In this document: one piece after another, positions 8,958-18,307 of the stretch
How the letters are laid out: the number at the start of each line of letters is the position of its first letter
Position numbering within the stretch: the stretch's first letter is position 1
From: a phage
DNA length: 64,000 nt
Sequence record: PX104378.1
Strand: one strand, 5' to 3'
Program-made: the position numbers and the translations under genes
The notes under the pieces: generated by a model
The model's database searches: none
Told to the model about the DNA's origin: nothing
What the model saw: the letters and a program-made list of their open reading frames with translations, nothing else

Positions 8958-9461
8958 TCAAATAATTTTCACTGGAATACTATTAACAATCTTGTATTGT
9001 ACTTGATTGTCAGACCCCCGCCACGGCTTCTTCGTTGGCATATCTTTAATATAACGCCCATCGATGAACATGTCAACCGATTCTACAATTTTTCTTTGCT
9101 CATCATTCAATTGGTCAAGGGTATAACCAGACCATAGCCAAATATCTTTATTTGGCATCCATGATTTTACTTCATCGATGATCCGCTGTACACCCTTTAA
9201 ATTGCGTTTATACAATGGATCGCCACCTAAGAATGTTAGCCCCTGAATAAAATCAGGTCTAAGCAGATCCAGAATCAACCCCATTGTATCATCGGTGAAT
9301 GGTTCCCCGTTCTTAGGATTGAGTAGGCTAGCATTAAAGCAACCATCACATGCGTGTGAACATCCGGTAACGTAAAGGGAGACTCTCACTCCCTCACCGT
9401 TAACCATATCACAATCTTTAATATCGGCATAGCGTAGTTTGCCGTATGTATCAGAACTCAT
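8958..9461 (-). CDS. nrdG: anaerobic ribonucleotide reductase activating protein NrdG (radical SAM)
   Basis: CxxxCxxC cluster motif CSHACDGCFN, ~167 aa, adjacent to nrdD as in T4. Confidence 0.9.
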   Translation of the reverse strand: MSSDTYGKLRYADIKDCDMVNGEGVRVSLYVTGCSHACDGCFNASLLNPKNGEPFTDDTMGLILDLLRPDFIQGLTFLGGDPLYKRNLKGVQRIIDEVKSWMPNKDIWLWSGYTLDQLNDEQRKIVESVDMFIDGRYIKDMPTKKPWRGSDNQVQYKIVNSIPVKII

Positions 9462-9603
9462 ATTCAATTACCCCGAACTCGTTTACAATCTGCGCTTTAT
9501 AGTAACCACCGCGAGATGCCAATAGATAAGCTGGGCTTAGGTATTCGTATTCACGGATTTCTACTTGTGCGTTTTCAGTTTCCCAAATCAGTAAAGTCCA
9601 CAT
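9451..9603 (-). CDS. small hypothetical protein (50 aa)
   Basis: ATG at 9603 immediately after PeSL leader/RBS GGAGAATCAAAT; the longer track ORF would contain the promoter. Confidence 0.3.
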   Translation of the reverse strand: MWTLLIWETENAQVEIREYEYLSPAYLLASRGGYYKAQIVNEFGVIEYEF

Positions 9604-9645
9604 ATTTGATTCTCCTGTAAAGTTGTATCTCGTCTTGATGAATAT

Positions 9646-9674
9646 AGTATAGGGGATCTCGCGATCCCCGTCAA
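9646..9674 (-). promoter_or_regulatory. PeSL-type early promoter (TTGACG-N17-TATACT) with hairpin spacer
   Basis: Minus strand TTGACGGGGATCGCGAGATCCCCTATACT followed by leader and GGAGAATCAAAT RBS. Confidence 0.6.
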
Positions 9675-9678
9675 GCAT

Positions 9679-10206
9679 TTATTTTAAATTTTTTCGAATG
9701 TATTCAGACCATTCCTTCCCTGTCAGTTCGGTCCCATTCTGGAAACTGAAATATTCATACGGCATCGAGTCAAGATAAAACAGGATCATACATCGCGCCA
9801 TATAATACCAATCACGATTAAAGTAAACTACGTTATCACCAGTACCATCAGCACCTTTATCATAACCATCGCGGGTACGGGCGACCCATTGAATGGTATC
9901 ATTTTTCTCACGGATAGTAACAGGTTCCCAATATCCAGCACATCCAGCATGACCACACGAACAAGTAAGGAAATATTGACCTTTTGCTTTGTTGTCATCC
10001 CATTCACGATGAATTGGTTTGATTTCGTGAAACATTGCCAAACAATCATGATTATGCAACACTGGCTTACCATCAATCAATGCATGGAATGTATACAAAC
10101 GACCCGTAGACAAATAGCTATCCTCACGCTCAACCAGTTCAATAGCAATCTTTTTAGCTCGTTCTTTGTGTCGTTGTGCTTTACGCTTACGGTTTAATGA
10201 TTTCAT
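9679..10206 (-). CDS. hypothetical protein (175 aa)
   Basis: Start at ATG 10206 after GAGGTGAAT RBS; Cys/His-rich segment CSCGHAGCAGYW. Confidence 0.5.
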   Translation of the reverse strand: MKSLNRKRKAQRHKERAKKIAIELVEREDSYLSTGRLYTFHALIDGKPVLHNHDCLAMFHEIKPIHREWDDNKAKGQYFLTCSCGHAGCAGYWEPVTIREKNDTIQWVARTRDGYDKGADGTGDNVVYFNRDWYYMARCMILFYLDSMPYEYFSFQNGTELTGKEWSEYIRKNLK

Positions 10207-10223
10207 ATTCACCTCACACATTA

Positions 10224-10763
10224 TCAAAGGTCGCGATATAGTACATTATGAAAATGAGAACTTGCATTACCAATATTGTAGATAATAAATTCTTCATCCG
10301 GCGCTTGCGCTACAAATTGAGTATGAGCAACCGCCACAACCTTAAAAATACGATCCGTGATCTTGTGTTTAATTTCTGCCCCTACTTCCATAGGAACATA
10401 TTCATTTGTTTCTGTTTCAGTCGCAAAACAGCCATCTTCTTCATAAGCACGAACAAATCGGTCGCACTCAGTACGCTTAACAAATTCAAGAGTATACAAT
10501 TCTCGTGAATTGTCGGTATAGACCAATACAGAATTATTATGATAGCGAATCACATACAGGTTATTATCATCGTCAATTACGCAAAAGCTACGGATTCCTT
10601 CGCCTATACTCCAGCAGATATTAACCACGGTTCCTCTAATAAAAAAACTTTCCTTTAAATTAAAACTAGTCAATGTGCTAGCGTGCATTTTAACAACAAC
10701 ACCATCGCCAATTTCCAGTTTACGAAGTTTAACTTCTTTGCTCAGTACACAAAACATCATCAT
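10224..10763 (-). CDS. hypothetical protein (179 aa)
   Basis: ORF directly downstream of PeSL promoter 10793-10820 and GAGAGGACAAC RBS. Confidence 0.5.
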   Translation of the reverse strand: MMMFCVLSKEVKLRKLEIGDGVVVKMHASTLTSFNLKESFFIRGTVVNICWSIGEGIRSFCVIDDDNNLYVIRYHNNSVLVYTDNSRELYTLEFVKRTECDRFVRAYEEDGCFATETETNEYVPMEVGAEIKHKITDRIFKVVAVAHTQFVAQAPDEEFIIYNIGNASSHFHNVLYRDL

Positions 10764-10792
10764 GTTGTCCTCTCGTTGTTTTCGATGTGAGC

Positions 10793-10820
10793 ATTATACA
10801 TTAGCCAATCATGTTGTCAA
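10793..10820 (-). promoter_or_regulatory. PeSL-type early promoter (TTGACA-N16-TATAAT)
   Basis: Consensus hexamers on minus strand; conserved leader GCTCACATCGAAAACAACGAGAGGA before ATG 10763. Confidence 0.7.
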
Positions 10821-10835
10821 CACCCCAAAACGAAA

Positions 10836-10858
10836 AAGCCGACCCTTTCGGATCGGCT
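10836..10858 (-). terminator. intrinsic terminator after nrdD (part of PeSL)
   Basis: Hairpin AGCCGATCCGAAAGGGTCGGCT followed by T-run on minus strand. Confidence 0.6.
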
Positions 10859-10863
10859 GAAAA

Positions 10864-12726
10864 TTACATATGCTTAACGCGGTTTACCATCTCAGAGTGT
10901 TTCCCGTGGTTAAATGGACGCAGATCAACAGATCCAAGATATCCACTAACGCGACGGATAACATTCATTTTTTCCAGATTATCATTACCGCAATCAGGAC
11001 AAACAAAACCAAACTCGGTCGCTCTCATTTCCTTAGTAGATCCGCATACATGACACACATCAGAAGGGGTATTAACACCGAAGTAGTGCAATTTATCCAT
11101 TGCATAGTCTACTACAGTTTCAAGACCTTTCAGGTTGTTTTTCATGTCTGGGAACTCAACATAAGAGATCATGCCACCGGACGCCAGCCAGTGATAATCT
11201 TTCTCAAAGTCGATTTTCTCAAATGGAGTGACTTTCCGGTCTACGTCAAGGTGGAATGAGTTGGTGTACCAGTCTTTATCGGTAGCACCCTTAACAATAC
11301 CAAATTGCTCTCGGTCCAGTCGATTAAATCGATAGCAAAGGCTCTCGGCTGGCGTACCGTAAAGACTAAACCCAAGTCCGGTTTCGTCCTTCCATTTTTC
11401 AGTATAATGACGCAAGATCTTAAGAATATGTTTACCGTATCGCTGCGCATCTTCCGAATCAAACGGATGAACACCAAACAGGACGCTCAATACCTCATGT
11501 AAACCAATATATCCAAGAGAGATACTAGCGCGACCATCTTTCAACACTTCCAAAATTTCATCGTTTTGATGAATACGGAAAAATGCACCTTCTGTATACA
11601 GCACCGGAGCAACATTGGCTTTAGCCCCTTTTAAAGCGTCTACGCGACTCATGAGCGCATCAAAGCAAATAGGCATACGATTGGCTAGCTCTTGTTCGAA
11701 TAGCTCAATTCTGCGCATTACAGACGCTTTACCAGCACGACGCGCGGCAATAAGGGCAATACGCGGAAGATTCAGAGTCACAACACCTAAGTTATTACGT
11801 CCGTCTAATACTTCTTCGCCTTTCTCATTATGCCAAACACCCAGGAAGCTACGACAACCCATCGGGCTAACCGGAACACTAGATCCAGTGATACTACGGT
11901 TATTCTTCGCAGAGATATAATCAGGGTAAAGACGCTTACTAGAACATTCCAATGCAAGTTGCTTAATGTCGTAGTTCGGATCTTCCGGTTTAAGGTTTAA
12001 TCCTTCTTCTAAGAACATCACCAGCTTAGGAAACACCGGAGTGATACCATCTTTACCTAAACCTTTAGTTCGAACGTTCAGGATCGCTTTCTGAATCAGT
12101 TTTTCTTCCCAGCTAGTACCCATACCAAAGGTTAAAGTCACAAAAGGCGTTTGACCATTGGTAGAGAACAAAGTGTTGATCTCATATTCCAACGCCTGAT
12201 ATCCGTCTAACGTTTCTTTTTCTGTCTTCTCTTGTGCATAGAGAGTATCAGCTTTGATTCCGTAGGTTTCGGCATCAGCAAGGTGTTTATGATATGTTTT
12301 CTCAACGTATGGCGCTAAAACCTGATCAATGTTTGCTATGGTAGTTCCGCCATATTGATGACTTGCCACCTGTGCGATAATTTGAGCGGTTACAGCACAT
12401 GCAACACCGATTGATTTCGGACTTTCGATTTGTGCACTACCCAATTTAAAACCATTCTCTAACATGTCTTTGAGATTAACAAGACAGCAGTTAGTAAACG
12501 GCATAGCGGGTGCATAATCCATATCATGATAATGAATATCACCGTCTACATGCGCTTTATAGATGTGCTCAGGTAACACGGTTTTAGCAATCTGTTTAGA
12601 CACAGCGCCAGCAATCAGATCTCGACGTGTCGGGAATGTTCGCGCGTCTTTGTTCGCGTTCTCTTTGCTTACTTCGTTTTCTTTACCCGTTGCGATCTCT
12701 GTAATGTCTTTGATTAGTTTTTCCAT
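10864..12726 (-). CDS. nrdD: anaerobic ribonucleoside-triphosphate reductase NrdD (class III)
   Basis: 620 aa; C-terminal zinc ribbon CHVCGS..CPDCG and glycyl-radical motif RVSGYLGSVD; uninterrupted ORF. Confidence 0.95.
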   Translation of the reverse strand: MEKLIKDITEIATGKENEVSKENANKDARTFPTRRDLIAGAVSKQIAKTVLPEHIYKAHVDGDIHYHDMDYAPAMPFTNCCLVNLKDMLENGFKLGSAQIESPKSIGVACAVTAQIIAQVASHQYGGTTIANIDQVLAPYVEKTYHKHLADAETYGIKADTLYAQEKTEKETLDGYQALEYEINTLFSTNGQTPFVTLTFGMGTSWEEKLIQKAILNVRTKGLGKDGITPVFPKLVMFLEEGLNLKPEDPNYDIKQLALECSSKRLYPDYISAKNNRSITGSSVPVSPMGCRSFLGVWHNEKGEEVLDGRNNLGVVTLNLPRIALIAARRAGKASVMRRIELFEQELANRMPICFDALMSRVDALKGAKANVAPVLYTEGAFFRIHQNDEILEVLKDGRASISLGYIGLHEVLSVLFGVHPFDSEDAQRYGKHILKILRHYTEKWKDETGLGFSLYGTPAESLCYRFNRLDREQFGIVKGATDKDWYTNSFHLDVDRKVTPFEKIDFEKDYHWLASGGMISYVEFPDMKNNLKGLETVVDYAMDKLHYFGVNTPSDVCHVCGSTKEMRATEFGFVCPDCGNDNLEKMNVIRRVSGYLGSVDLRPFNHGKHSEMVNRVKHM

Positions 12727-12744
12727 TGTATCACCTATGAAAAA

Positions 12745-12760
12745 GCGGGATTTCTCCCGC
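12745..12760 (-). terminator. intrinsic terminator-like hairpin upstream of nrdD
   Basis: GCGGGAGAAATCCCGC followed by T5 on minus strand, after ORF 12771-13265. Confidence 0.5.
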
Positions 12761-12770
12761 TCGTTGATAG

Positions 12771-13265
12771 TTATTTTACCAGTTCTGCTAATTCTTTTTC
12801 CGCCGCTTCCAGTTCAGCTTTCAGTTGTTTAATCTCTTGTCGCTTCTTATTAGCGGCTTCCTGCTTACTATTTCGGATAACCTGATCTAGATATGAATCC
12901 CACTCATGAATATTTTTGATAATGTAACCGTCAACGTTCAGAACTTTAATATTAAGAACTTCTTCCAGCTTACTTAAAGAACGTTGTGTTTCGGGGAAGA
13001 AATAGTCATATTCACCTCGGTCAAACCAGTAGCGTATGCCAGCTTTATCTAAACGACGATGCAATTCATCAAAATCTCTACCATCTTCGACGATGAGTTT
13101 GTCTACATCGCCATTACAGTTAACAGAGACTTTGAATCTAATATTATCAACCCCACCAAAAACATCAATAAGGATAGTTCCTATCGTGTTATCCGCGCTT
13201 CCAGTATCCATAAAAGATTCTAGTTTTTCTTGATTAGTAACGTACCAAACATCTTGTTTCCACAT
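12771..13265 (-). CDS. hypothetical protein (164 aa) with coiled-coil C-terminus
   Basis: ORF downstream of PeSL promoter 13296-13323; C-terminal KQLKAELEAAEKELAELVK. Confidence 0.5.
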   Translation of the reverse strand: MWKQDVWYVTNQEKLESFMDTGSADNTIGTILIDVFGGVDNIRFKVSVNCNGDVDKLIVEDGRDFDELHRRLDKAGIRYWFDRGEYDYFFPETQRSLSKLEEVLNIKVLNVDGYIIKNIHEWDSYLDQVIRNSKQEAANKKRQEIKQLKAELEAAEKELAELVK

Positions 13266-13295
13266 AATATAATCCTCTCGTTGTTAAGTGGGAGT

Positions 13296-13323
13296 ATTAT
13301 AGCATACTCCCTTCGCATGTCAA
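13296..13323 (-). promoter_or_regulatory. PeSL-type early promoter (TTGACA-N16-TATAAT), hairpin spanning spacer/-10
   Basis: Minus strand TTGACATGCGAAGGGAGTATGCTATAATACTCCC. Confidence 0.65.
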
Positions 13324-14498
13324 GCACTAACTTTTTTCTTTACTGCTTTCACCTTCTGGCGAATTGCTCGAATCTCTTCGATCTCTTTTTCAGTCTCTTT
13401 AACAATTTCTTTGCGATTCTGAATATCTGTATCGAGATTATCATCAAGTTTAGGCAGCATGTCAATCAAGAACTTTTTAAAGTCTTTCAGGTTTCTGATA
13501 ACAGCACCTTCACCCATTACCGCCACCCCTACACCATCCGGCAGATCGCCAAACAGTTTAACCAGTTCAGACAGATGATCATGATCTTCTAGTGCTTCTT
13601 CCGGTTCAGATGGCAGTTCAACAAAGTTATAACGTTCATCATTGCTGATCAGGTGATACCAGCAAAGCCCGAATGATTTCGGTGTATATTCTACACCATC
13701 AATTTCAACCGAGTCAACACTTCCATAATCATCTACTTTAGTTACCTTAAATCCTTGTCCCAGCTTTTGAACAATTTCAACAACATGACTTGATACAGTT
13801 TCAGCGGTAAACCAATATGGCAAATTATGCTGATTTGGCTTGTAGCGTTCACCTACTTTAAATCTCTGACCAGCCGCTTGCATAGCATGAAATTGTTGTT
13901 TCGTGATTTCCGCGAAGTATTCAAATTCGCCACCATCAAACACACAAGCCCATTGTTCACAAAAACGATCTGCCTTAACAGTTTCACCTTTCGCGGTGAT
14001 CATGGTAGCCGACCCGTGAAATTCTTCTTCAACTAAAAAGCCATATTCGACAAAATCAACAAGTTTCATGGCTTCTTTGTGCTCTGGATCATGCTCTCCC
14101 CAGAATCGCTTAAATTCTTGCAAACCTTCCGGGGTAAACGAATAGCACTTACCTTTTTCAAAGTAAGTAGGCATTGCATCGTCTTTCTTGTTCATCGCTT
14201 CGTATGCCTCTTTTGAGATGCGTTTAAAGTATTTGCGCTCATTGTGCATAATCATAGTAGCCCAATAATCCACAATATCATTAGCGGAATAAACTACATC
14301 TCCAGCTTCAATAGTAATAACATGACCGTGGTCATCTTTTTCTAATACTTTAAAGCCCTTTTCTACGATTCCAGCAACCCGAATATGACCACGGCGCGAA
14401 GCATCGGTCAGAATAATTGAATAGCGAGAAAAGTCTAGAAACTCATCTTTACCGCCTTCACGGAATGCATAGTAATGCCCTTCAAAGAATTTAGCCAT
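13320..14498 (-). CDS. hypothetical protein, paralog family A (about three repeat domains, 392 aa)
   Basis: Repeated GFKVLEKDDHG.. / GFKVTKVDDYGSVDSVEIDGVEYT and ERKYFKRISKEAYEAM segments. Confidence 0.6.
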   Translation of the reverse strand: MAKFFEGHYYAFREGGKDEFLDFSRYSIILTDASRRGHIRVAGIVEKGFKVLEKDDHGHVITIEAGDVVYSANDIVDYWATMIMHNERKYFKRISKEAYEAMNKKDDAMPTYFEKGKCYSFTPEGLQEFKRFWGEHDPEHKEAMKLVDFVEYGFLVEEEFHGSATMITAKGETVKADRFCEQWACVFDGGEFEYFAEITKQQFHAMQAAGQRFKVGERYKPNQHNLPYWFTAETVSSHVVEIVQKLGQGFKVTKVDDYGSVDSVEIDGVEYTPKSFGLCWYHLISNDERYNFVELPSEPEEALEDHDHLSELVKLFGDLPDGVGVAVMGEGAVIRNLKDFKKFLIDMLPKLDDNLDTDIQNRKEIVKETEKEIEEIRAIRQKVKAVKKKVSA

Positions 14499-14529
14499 AA
14501 TATAATCCTCTCGTTGTTTAGATGGGAGT

Positions 14530-14558
14530 ATCTTACTACTCCCGTTTCATCATGTCAA
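14530..14558 (-). promoter_or_regulatory. PeSL-type early promoter (TTGACA-N17-TAAGAT)
   Basis: Same GGGAGTA..TACTCCC hairpin module as at 13296 and 15440. Confidence 0.6.
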
Positions 14559-15121
14559 GCGTTAAATGACTTTTTAATCTCTTTCAGTTCTTCCACTTTC
14601 TCGGCGCTGAATTTAGCGTAGGTATCATGTCGAATAATTTCACTTTCAAGAAAGGTTTCCAGTCGAGATCTATTTTCAATAAGGAACTCTTTCAGGTCTT
14701 CCGCGTTCTTGACAAAGATTTTATTGTCGGTAATGTCATCTTCAATCGCAAAGGAGATAGAGCGAACTTTACCAAACAAGTTAATCAGATCTTCCAGAGA
14801 TTCTTCTTTCTTAACTGGTTTCATTTCTTCAAACTGCTTTTTAGTGATGCGTTTAAAGTATTTGCGCTCGTTTGCAGCAATCAGAACAGATGCACCTTCA
14901 TACCCATGAGTTTCTACCAGATACACACGCCCCATCGCATCAACAGTGAGAACTTTAAAGCCGTTACAAAGCACGTCATACAAGAACTTATTATGTTGCG
15001 GACATCGTTTGATAAATTCTGCGGCTGTTTCTGCACTACGGAAAGTATAGTAACGACCTCGTTCAAAAACAGCATCATTTGAAGACTTAGCCGGATACAA
15101 TTTATACGTTTTCTGTACCAT
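14555..15121 (-). CDS. hypothetical protein, paralog family A
   Basis: NGFKVLTVDAMGRV..ERKYFKRITKKQFEEM; start at ATG 15121 after GAGGATTATATT RBS (alternative ATG 15139). Confidence 0.55.
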   Translation of the reverse strand: MVQKTYKLYPAKSSNDAVFERGRYYTFRSAETAAEFIKRCPQHNKFLYDVLCNGFKVLTVDAMGRVYLVETHGYEGASVLIAANERKYFKRITKKQFEEMKPVKKEESLEDLINLFGKVRSISFAIEDDITDNKIFVKNAEDLKEFLIENRSRLETFLESEIIRHDTYAKFSAEKVEELKEIKKSFNA

Positions 15122-15135
15122 AATATAATCCTCTA

Positions 15136-15408
15136 TCATTTCACTAATTGAACAGCACGGAACAGAATGCGCTCACACGGAAGCAGCATAAATTCCCAAC
15201 GCGGATCAAAGTCTTTAGCGGTGTATGTTTTCCCATCAACCGAGATTTCACTTACATAACCAACAGGTGACACTTTAAGAACAGTAAACCCATTCTTGAT
15301 GACTTCGTAGGTATCTTTCACCCCTTCGTATTCATCATCTAAGAAGTCTTTATGTGCTTGCTCAGATTTAAAAACATAGGCCACACCGGATTTAAACATC
15401 TTACGCAT
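15136..15408 (-). CDS. hypothetical protein, paralog family A (single domain)
   Basis: FKSEQAHKDF..NGFTVLKVSPVGYVSEISVDGKTYTAKDF; start at ATG 15408 after GGAGAATCAACA leader. Confidence 0.5.
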   Translation of the reverse strand: MRKMFKSGVAYVFKSEQAHKDFLDDEYEGVKDTYEVIKNGFTVLKVSPVGYVSEISVDGKTYTAKDFDPRWEFMLLPCERILFRAVQLVK

Positions 15409-15439
15409 TGTTGATTCTCCTTCTTGATTAGATGGGAGT

Positions 15440-15468
15440 ATTTTACTACTCCCATTTCTTATTGTCAA
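15440..15468 (-). promoter_or_regulatory. PeSL-type early promoter (TTGACA-N17-TAAAAT)
   Basis: Minus strand TTGACAATAAGAAATGGGAGTAGTAAAATACTCCC then GGAGAATCAACA RBS. Confidence 0.6.
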
Positions 15469-15471
15469 CTA

Positions 15472-15945
15472 CTATCTTAATCTTTGTATAAATTGTTTCT
15501 TATACTTCTTCGTGATCTCTTCTCTTGTATCAGCGTCGCAGTAATCGAAACATTCCGCGTCCATAATAGCAACCATCTCCGCGCGTGTCAAGCGTGAAAA
15601 TCGTTTTACTTTATCAACAGCATACTGAGGATGTAAATGATTGTTGGTGTAGTCTCCTTTGATGTAATTAACATAGTTTGTAGCCCAAACAACGAAATCA
15701 GCACCTAAAGCACCAACACCAAACCGTTTAAAGTCTCCGGTCAACGATCCTTCTAGGCGGTTGCAACACGAATGAAGCAATCCCCTTACGCGGCCTTGCC
15801 CTTTACCATCTAGATCGTGGTCGTGGTCAAGATGGTTTTTGCTCATATCCTCAAAAAGTGGCAATTGACAAAGGGGGCAAATGCCCCCCTGTTTTTCGAA
15901 TAGTTCTTGTTTGTACTCTTTAGCACTCTTAGCAGTCAGTAACAT
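15472..15945 (-). CDS. 49: gp49 endonuclease VII (Holliday junction resolvase)
   Basis: MLLTAKS..CPLCQ..HLDHDHDLDG..GRVRGLLHSCCN matches T4 EndoVII including zinc-binding cysteines; 157 aa as in T4. Confidence 0.85.
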   Translation of the reverse strand: MLLTAKSAKEYKQELFEKQGGICPLCQLPLFEDMSKNHLDHDHDLDGKGQGRVRGLLHSCCNRLEGSLTGDFKRFGVGALGADFVVWATNYVNYIKGDYTNNHLHPQYAVDKVKRFSRLTRAEMVAIMDAECFDYCDADTREEITKKYKKQFIQRLR

Positions 15946-15969
15946 AAATTCACCCTCCAAAGAAGGTAT

Positions 15970-16251
15970 TTAACCATTAATCTTGTTTTTGACTACAAAG
16001 GATCGGAACTCATCAAAGCCACCAATATAATCACCATTATAGAAAATCTGCGGCATGGTGGCAATAACTTCTACCCCTGCGCGATCCTGAATGTCGGCAA
16101 TGATAGAATCAATCTTTACCGGACGACCGTTTTCGTCTACACCATCATTAACCGGAATGTAGATGTAAGGGATCTTACGCGATTCACAAAGGCGCTTTGC
16201 ATTCTGGCAATACTTACAGTTGTAACCTTCAAAACCAAAAATTTCTACCAT
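15970..16251 (-). CDS. nrdC: glutaredoxin/thioredoxin NrdC-like
   Basis: CKYCQNAKRL..MPQIF.NGDYIGGFDEFR resembles T4 NrdC (CVYCDNAKRL..MPQVF..GGFDQL). Confidence 0.75.
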   Translation of the reverse strand: MVEIFGFEGYNCKYCQNAKRLCESRKIPYIYIPVNDGVDENGRPVKIDSIIADIQDRAGVEVIATMPQIFYNGDYIGGFDEFRSFVVKNKING

Positions 16252-16259
16252 GTTATACC

Positions 16260-17072
16260 TCAATCTACGTTAGTTACATAAACTTCTTGCGTATCAGAAG
16301 ACTTACCACCTGAACGATCTAGGCAATAGGTCTTATTCAACAGGACGCAGTTTAAATCATTCCGCTTGATAAAGTCAAGGAGATGATCATTTACCTTTCC
16401 CTTATGATGTGTGACATTACTGATACCAAACTGAAAACCACGCGCCATAATAGATTCTACCCACTGATAGAATTTAATCTCTTCCTCGTCACTCCAAAAC
16501 TTATTATATTCCGCAGAAGTGATAAGGTATGGAGGGTCCAAATAAACGAAATCACCCGGCAAGATCTCGATCTCGTCATATCGTCCAGAAGTAAAATTGA
16601 TTCGACCGTCTTTGTTTTCTTCCTTAAAATTCAGGACACGCTCTACCGCGTTTTCGTTAAAAGTCCGGCGACCAAAATTAGCATTAAATTCGCCCTTCCG
16701 GTTATGGCGGTTAATGTTGCTAAAACTATGTTGAATCAACACAAACAGAGATAGCGGATCTGGATTCTCGTTATACTTCTTGCGGAATGCCATGTAAGCA
16801 TCTTTATCATCACGAGACAAACCATTTTCGGCAATAATCCGCTTGATCGTAGAAACCGGATCAGGACACTCGTCAATCGCTTTGTACGCTTCAATTAAGC
16901 GGTGATCATAGTCATTAGCCAGCACATCCCCTTCGACGTACAGAGACACGCTCAAGCCGCCACAAAAGGCATCAACAAAGCGGTTATAGTGCTTAGGGAA
17001 ATACTTACTAACACCCGGCAATAACTTTTCCTTATTGCCAGTATAGGGAATTAAACCTAATGCTTTCTTCAT
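16260..17072 (-). CDS. dam: DNA adenine methyltransferase Dam
   Basis: YTGNK..FVDAFCGGLSV..DFVYLDPPYLITSAEYNKFWSDEEE matches T4 Dam motifs (FxGxG and DPPY). Confidence 0.9.
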   Translation of the reverse strand: MKKALGLIPYTGNKEKLLPGVSKYFPKHYNRFVDAFCGGLSVSLYVEGDVLANDYDHRLIEAYKAIDECPDPVSTIKRIIAENGLSRDDKDAYMAFRKKYNENPDPLSLFVLIQHSFSNINRHNRKGEFNANFGRRTFNENAVERVLNFKEENKDGRINFTSGRYDEIEILPGDFVYLDPPYLITSAEYNKFWSDEEEIKFYQWVESIMARGFQFGISNVTHHKGKVNDHLLDFIKRNDLNCVLLNKTYCLDRSGGKSSDTQEVYVTNVD

Positions 17073-17503
17073 TATCCCTTCCTCAAATAAGTTCGCTCAA
17101 TCTCTACCAGTTCGAAAAATTCTTGCCAGTCGCAAGGAAAATTGCAGTTTCCAAAATGATCCTCTTTGTAAAGTTCTTTACCGGATGACAGCTTAATATC
17201 TGTTACGCTGTAGTATCCGCAACAATCGCAATCACCCTCTGTATATTCTGTTTTGGTAGGAATATCCATCATTGCCAGATACAAAGGTACATCGTCTTGC
17301 TCAAAGTTCATGTAACCTTCATGGTCGAATGAAACAAAGTTATCATCGCCACCGAAAGGGATATAATGGTCATAATCGGTTACAGGTTGACCGTGTAATT
17401 CCCATTCTACAATTTTAACATTACCGCTAAACTTGATACCCATAATTTCAACAAGAAAATGAGTATCGTCAATGTAAATCTTACTAGGAGTTGGATAAAC
17501 CAT
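17072..17503 (-). CDS. hypothetical protein (143 aa), Cys-rich
   Basis: ATG after GAGGATTATATAATG RBS; CDCCGYY and CNFPC segments. Confidence 0.5.
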   Translation of the reverse strand: MVYPTPSKIYIDDTHFLVEIMGIKFSGNVKIVEWELHGQPVTDYDHYIPFGGDDNFVSFDHEGYMNFEQDDVPLYLAMMDIPTKTEYTEGDCDCCGYYSVTDIKLSSGKELYKEDHFGNCNFPCDWQEFFELVEIERTYLRKG

Positions 17504-17513
17504 TATATAATCC

Positions 17514-17807
17514 TCATATCTCAGAGAATAGAATCTCTGTTAGCTTCACTGACTGCTCTCTGAATGTTAGCGTATACTCGAAAGGAAAGTCAACACCTAA
17601 TTTCAGAAGAGAATAGCCTACCGCCTCTTTATGCTTATCGGTTAGGGCGATCCTAACCAATTCCCGTTGAATCTCTTTAGGCGGTGAATGGATAGTAACA
17701 CGGGTATCGTGTAATGTCCAGTCACCATTACGAATCAAGATTAACGGTTTATCGTCATTAAAGATCACCGACCCCTTTCCGGTCGGTGAGTGTTTTATAC
17801 TAATCAT
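17514..17807 (-). CDS. hypothetical protein (97 aa)
   Basis: Minus-strand ORF, ATG at 17807. Confidence 0.45.
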   Translation of the reverse strand: MISIKHSPTGKGSVIFNDDKPLILIRNGDWTLHDTRVTIHSPPKEIQRELVRIALTDKHKEAVGYSLLKLGVDFPFEYTLTFREQSVKLTEILFSEI

Positions 17808-18021
17808 CAAATTCTAAGAAATATTCTGGAACGATATAACCGTTAAAGTCATTGCACTTATAAAAATGTGGTGCATTTAATGCTGGATGAGCATTAGTAA
17901 AGAGTTTACCCTCTAGAAACAGAATGTAATTAATAGGTCTAATACCGACAGAATCAGGATCTAAACCTTTTTCTTTCAGTTCAGCCAGCGTTAAAACTCG
18001 TCCAGATCGTAACTTAGCCAT
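17800..18021 (-). CDS. hypothetical protein (73 aa)
   Basis: Minus-strand ORF, tiles with neighbours. Confidence 0.45.
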   Translation of the reverse strand: MAKLRSGRVLTLAELKEKGLDPDSVGIRPINYILFLEGKLFTNAHPALNAPHFYKCNDFNGYIVPEYFLEFDD

Positions 18022-18307
18022 GATTTACCCCCAATTCATCAAGATTATGTCGCAGCATTTCAGAGTATTTTTCTACTTCCTTGATCTTAGTGTGGATCTC
18101 CACGATCTCATCTTCACTATCAGAAAGTTTAATGGCAATTGCTAGCGTGCTTTTACCAGCTTTCATAGTCTCTTTCCGTTCAACCAATAGATCCGCGTGT
18201 TTCAGTAGCAGTTCTTCACGTCGAACATAAGCGACGGTCAAAGCCTCATCAGCGATTTCTAAAGCATTTTCAGCAACACCAACAACCATTTTACGAGTAG
18301 ACAGCAT
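18014..18307 (-). CDS. hypothetical protein (97 aa)
   Basis: ATG after GAGGTGAATTT RBS. Confidence 0.5.
   Translation of the reverse strand: MLSTRKMVVGVAENALEIADEALTVAYVRREELLLKHADLLVERKETMKAGKSTLAIAIKLSDSEDEIVEIHTKIKEVEKYSEMLRHNLDELGVNHG

Noticed and set aside
10864-12726. Group I intron within nrdD, as in T4
   Set aside because: The NrdD reading frame is continuous from N-terminus to the glycyl-radical tail with no in-frame stops or inserted non-coding block.
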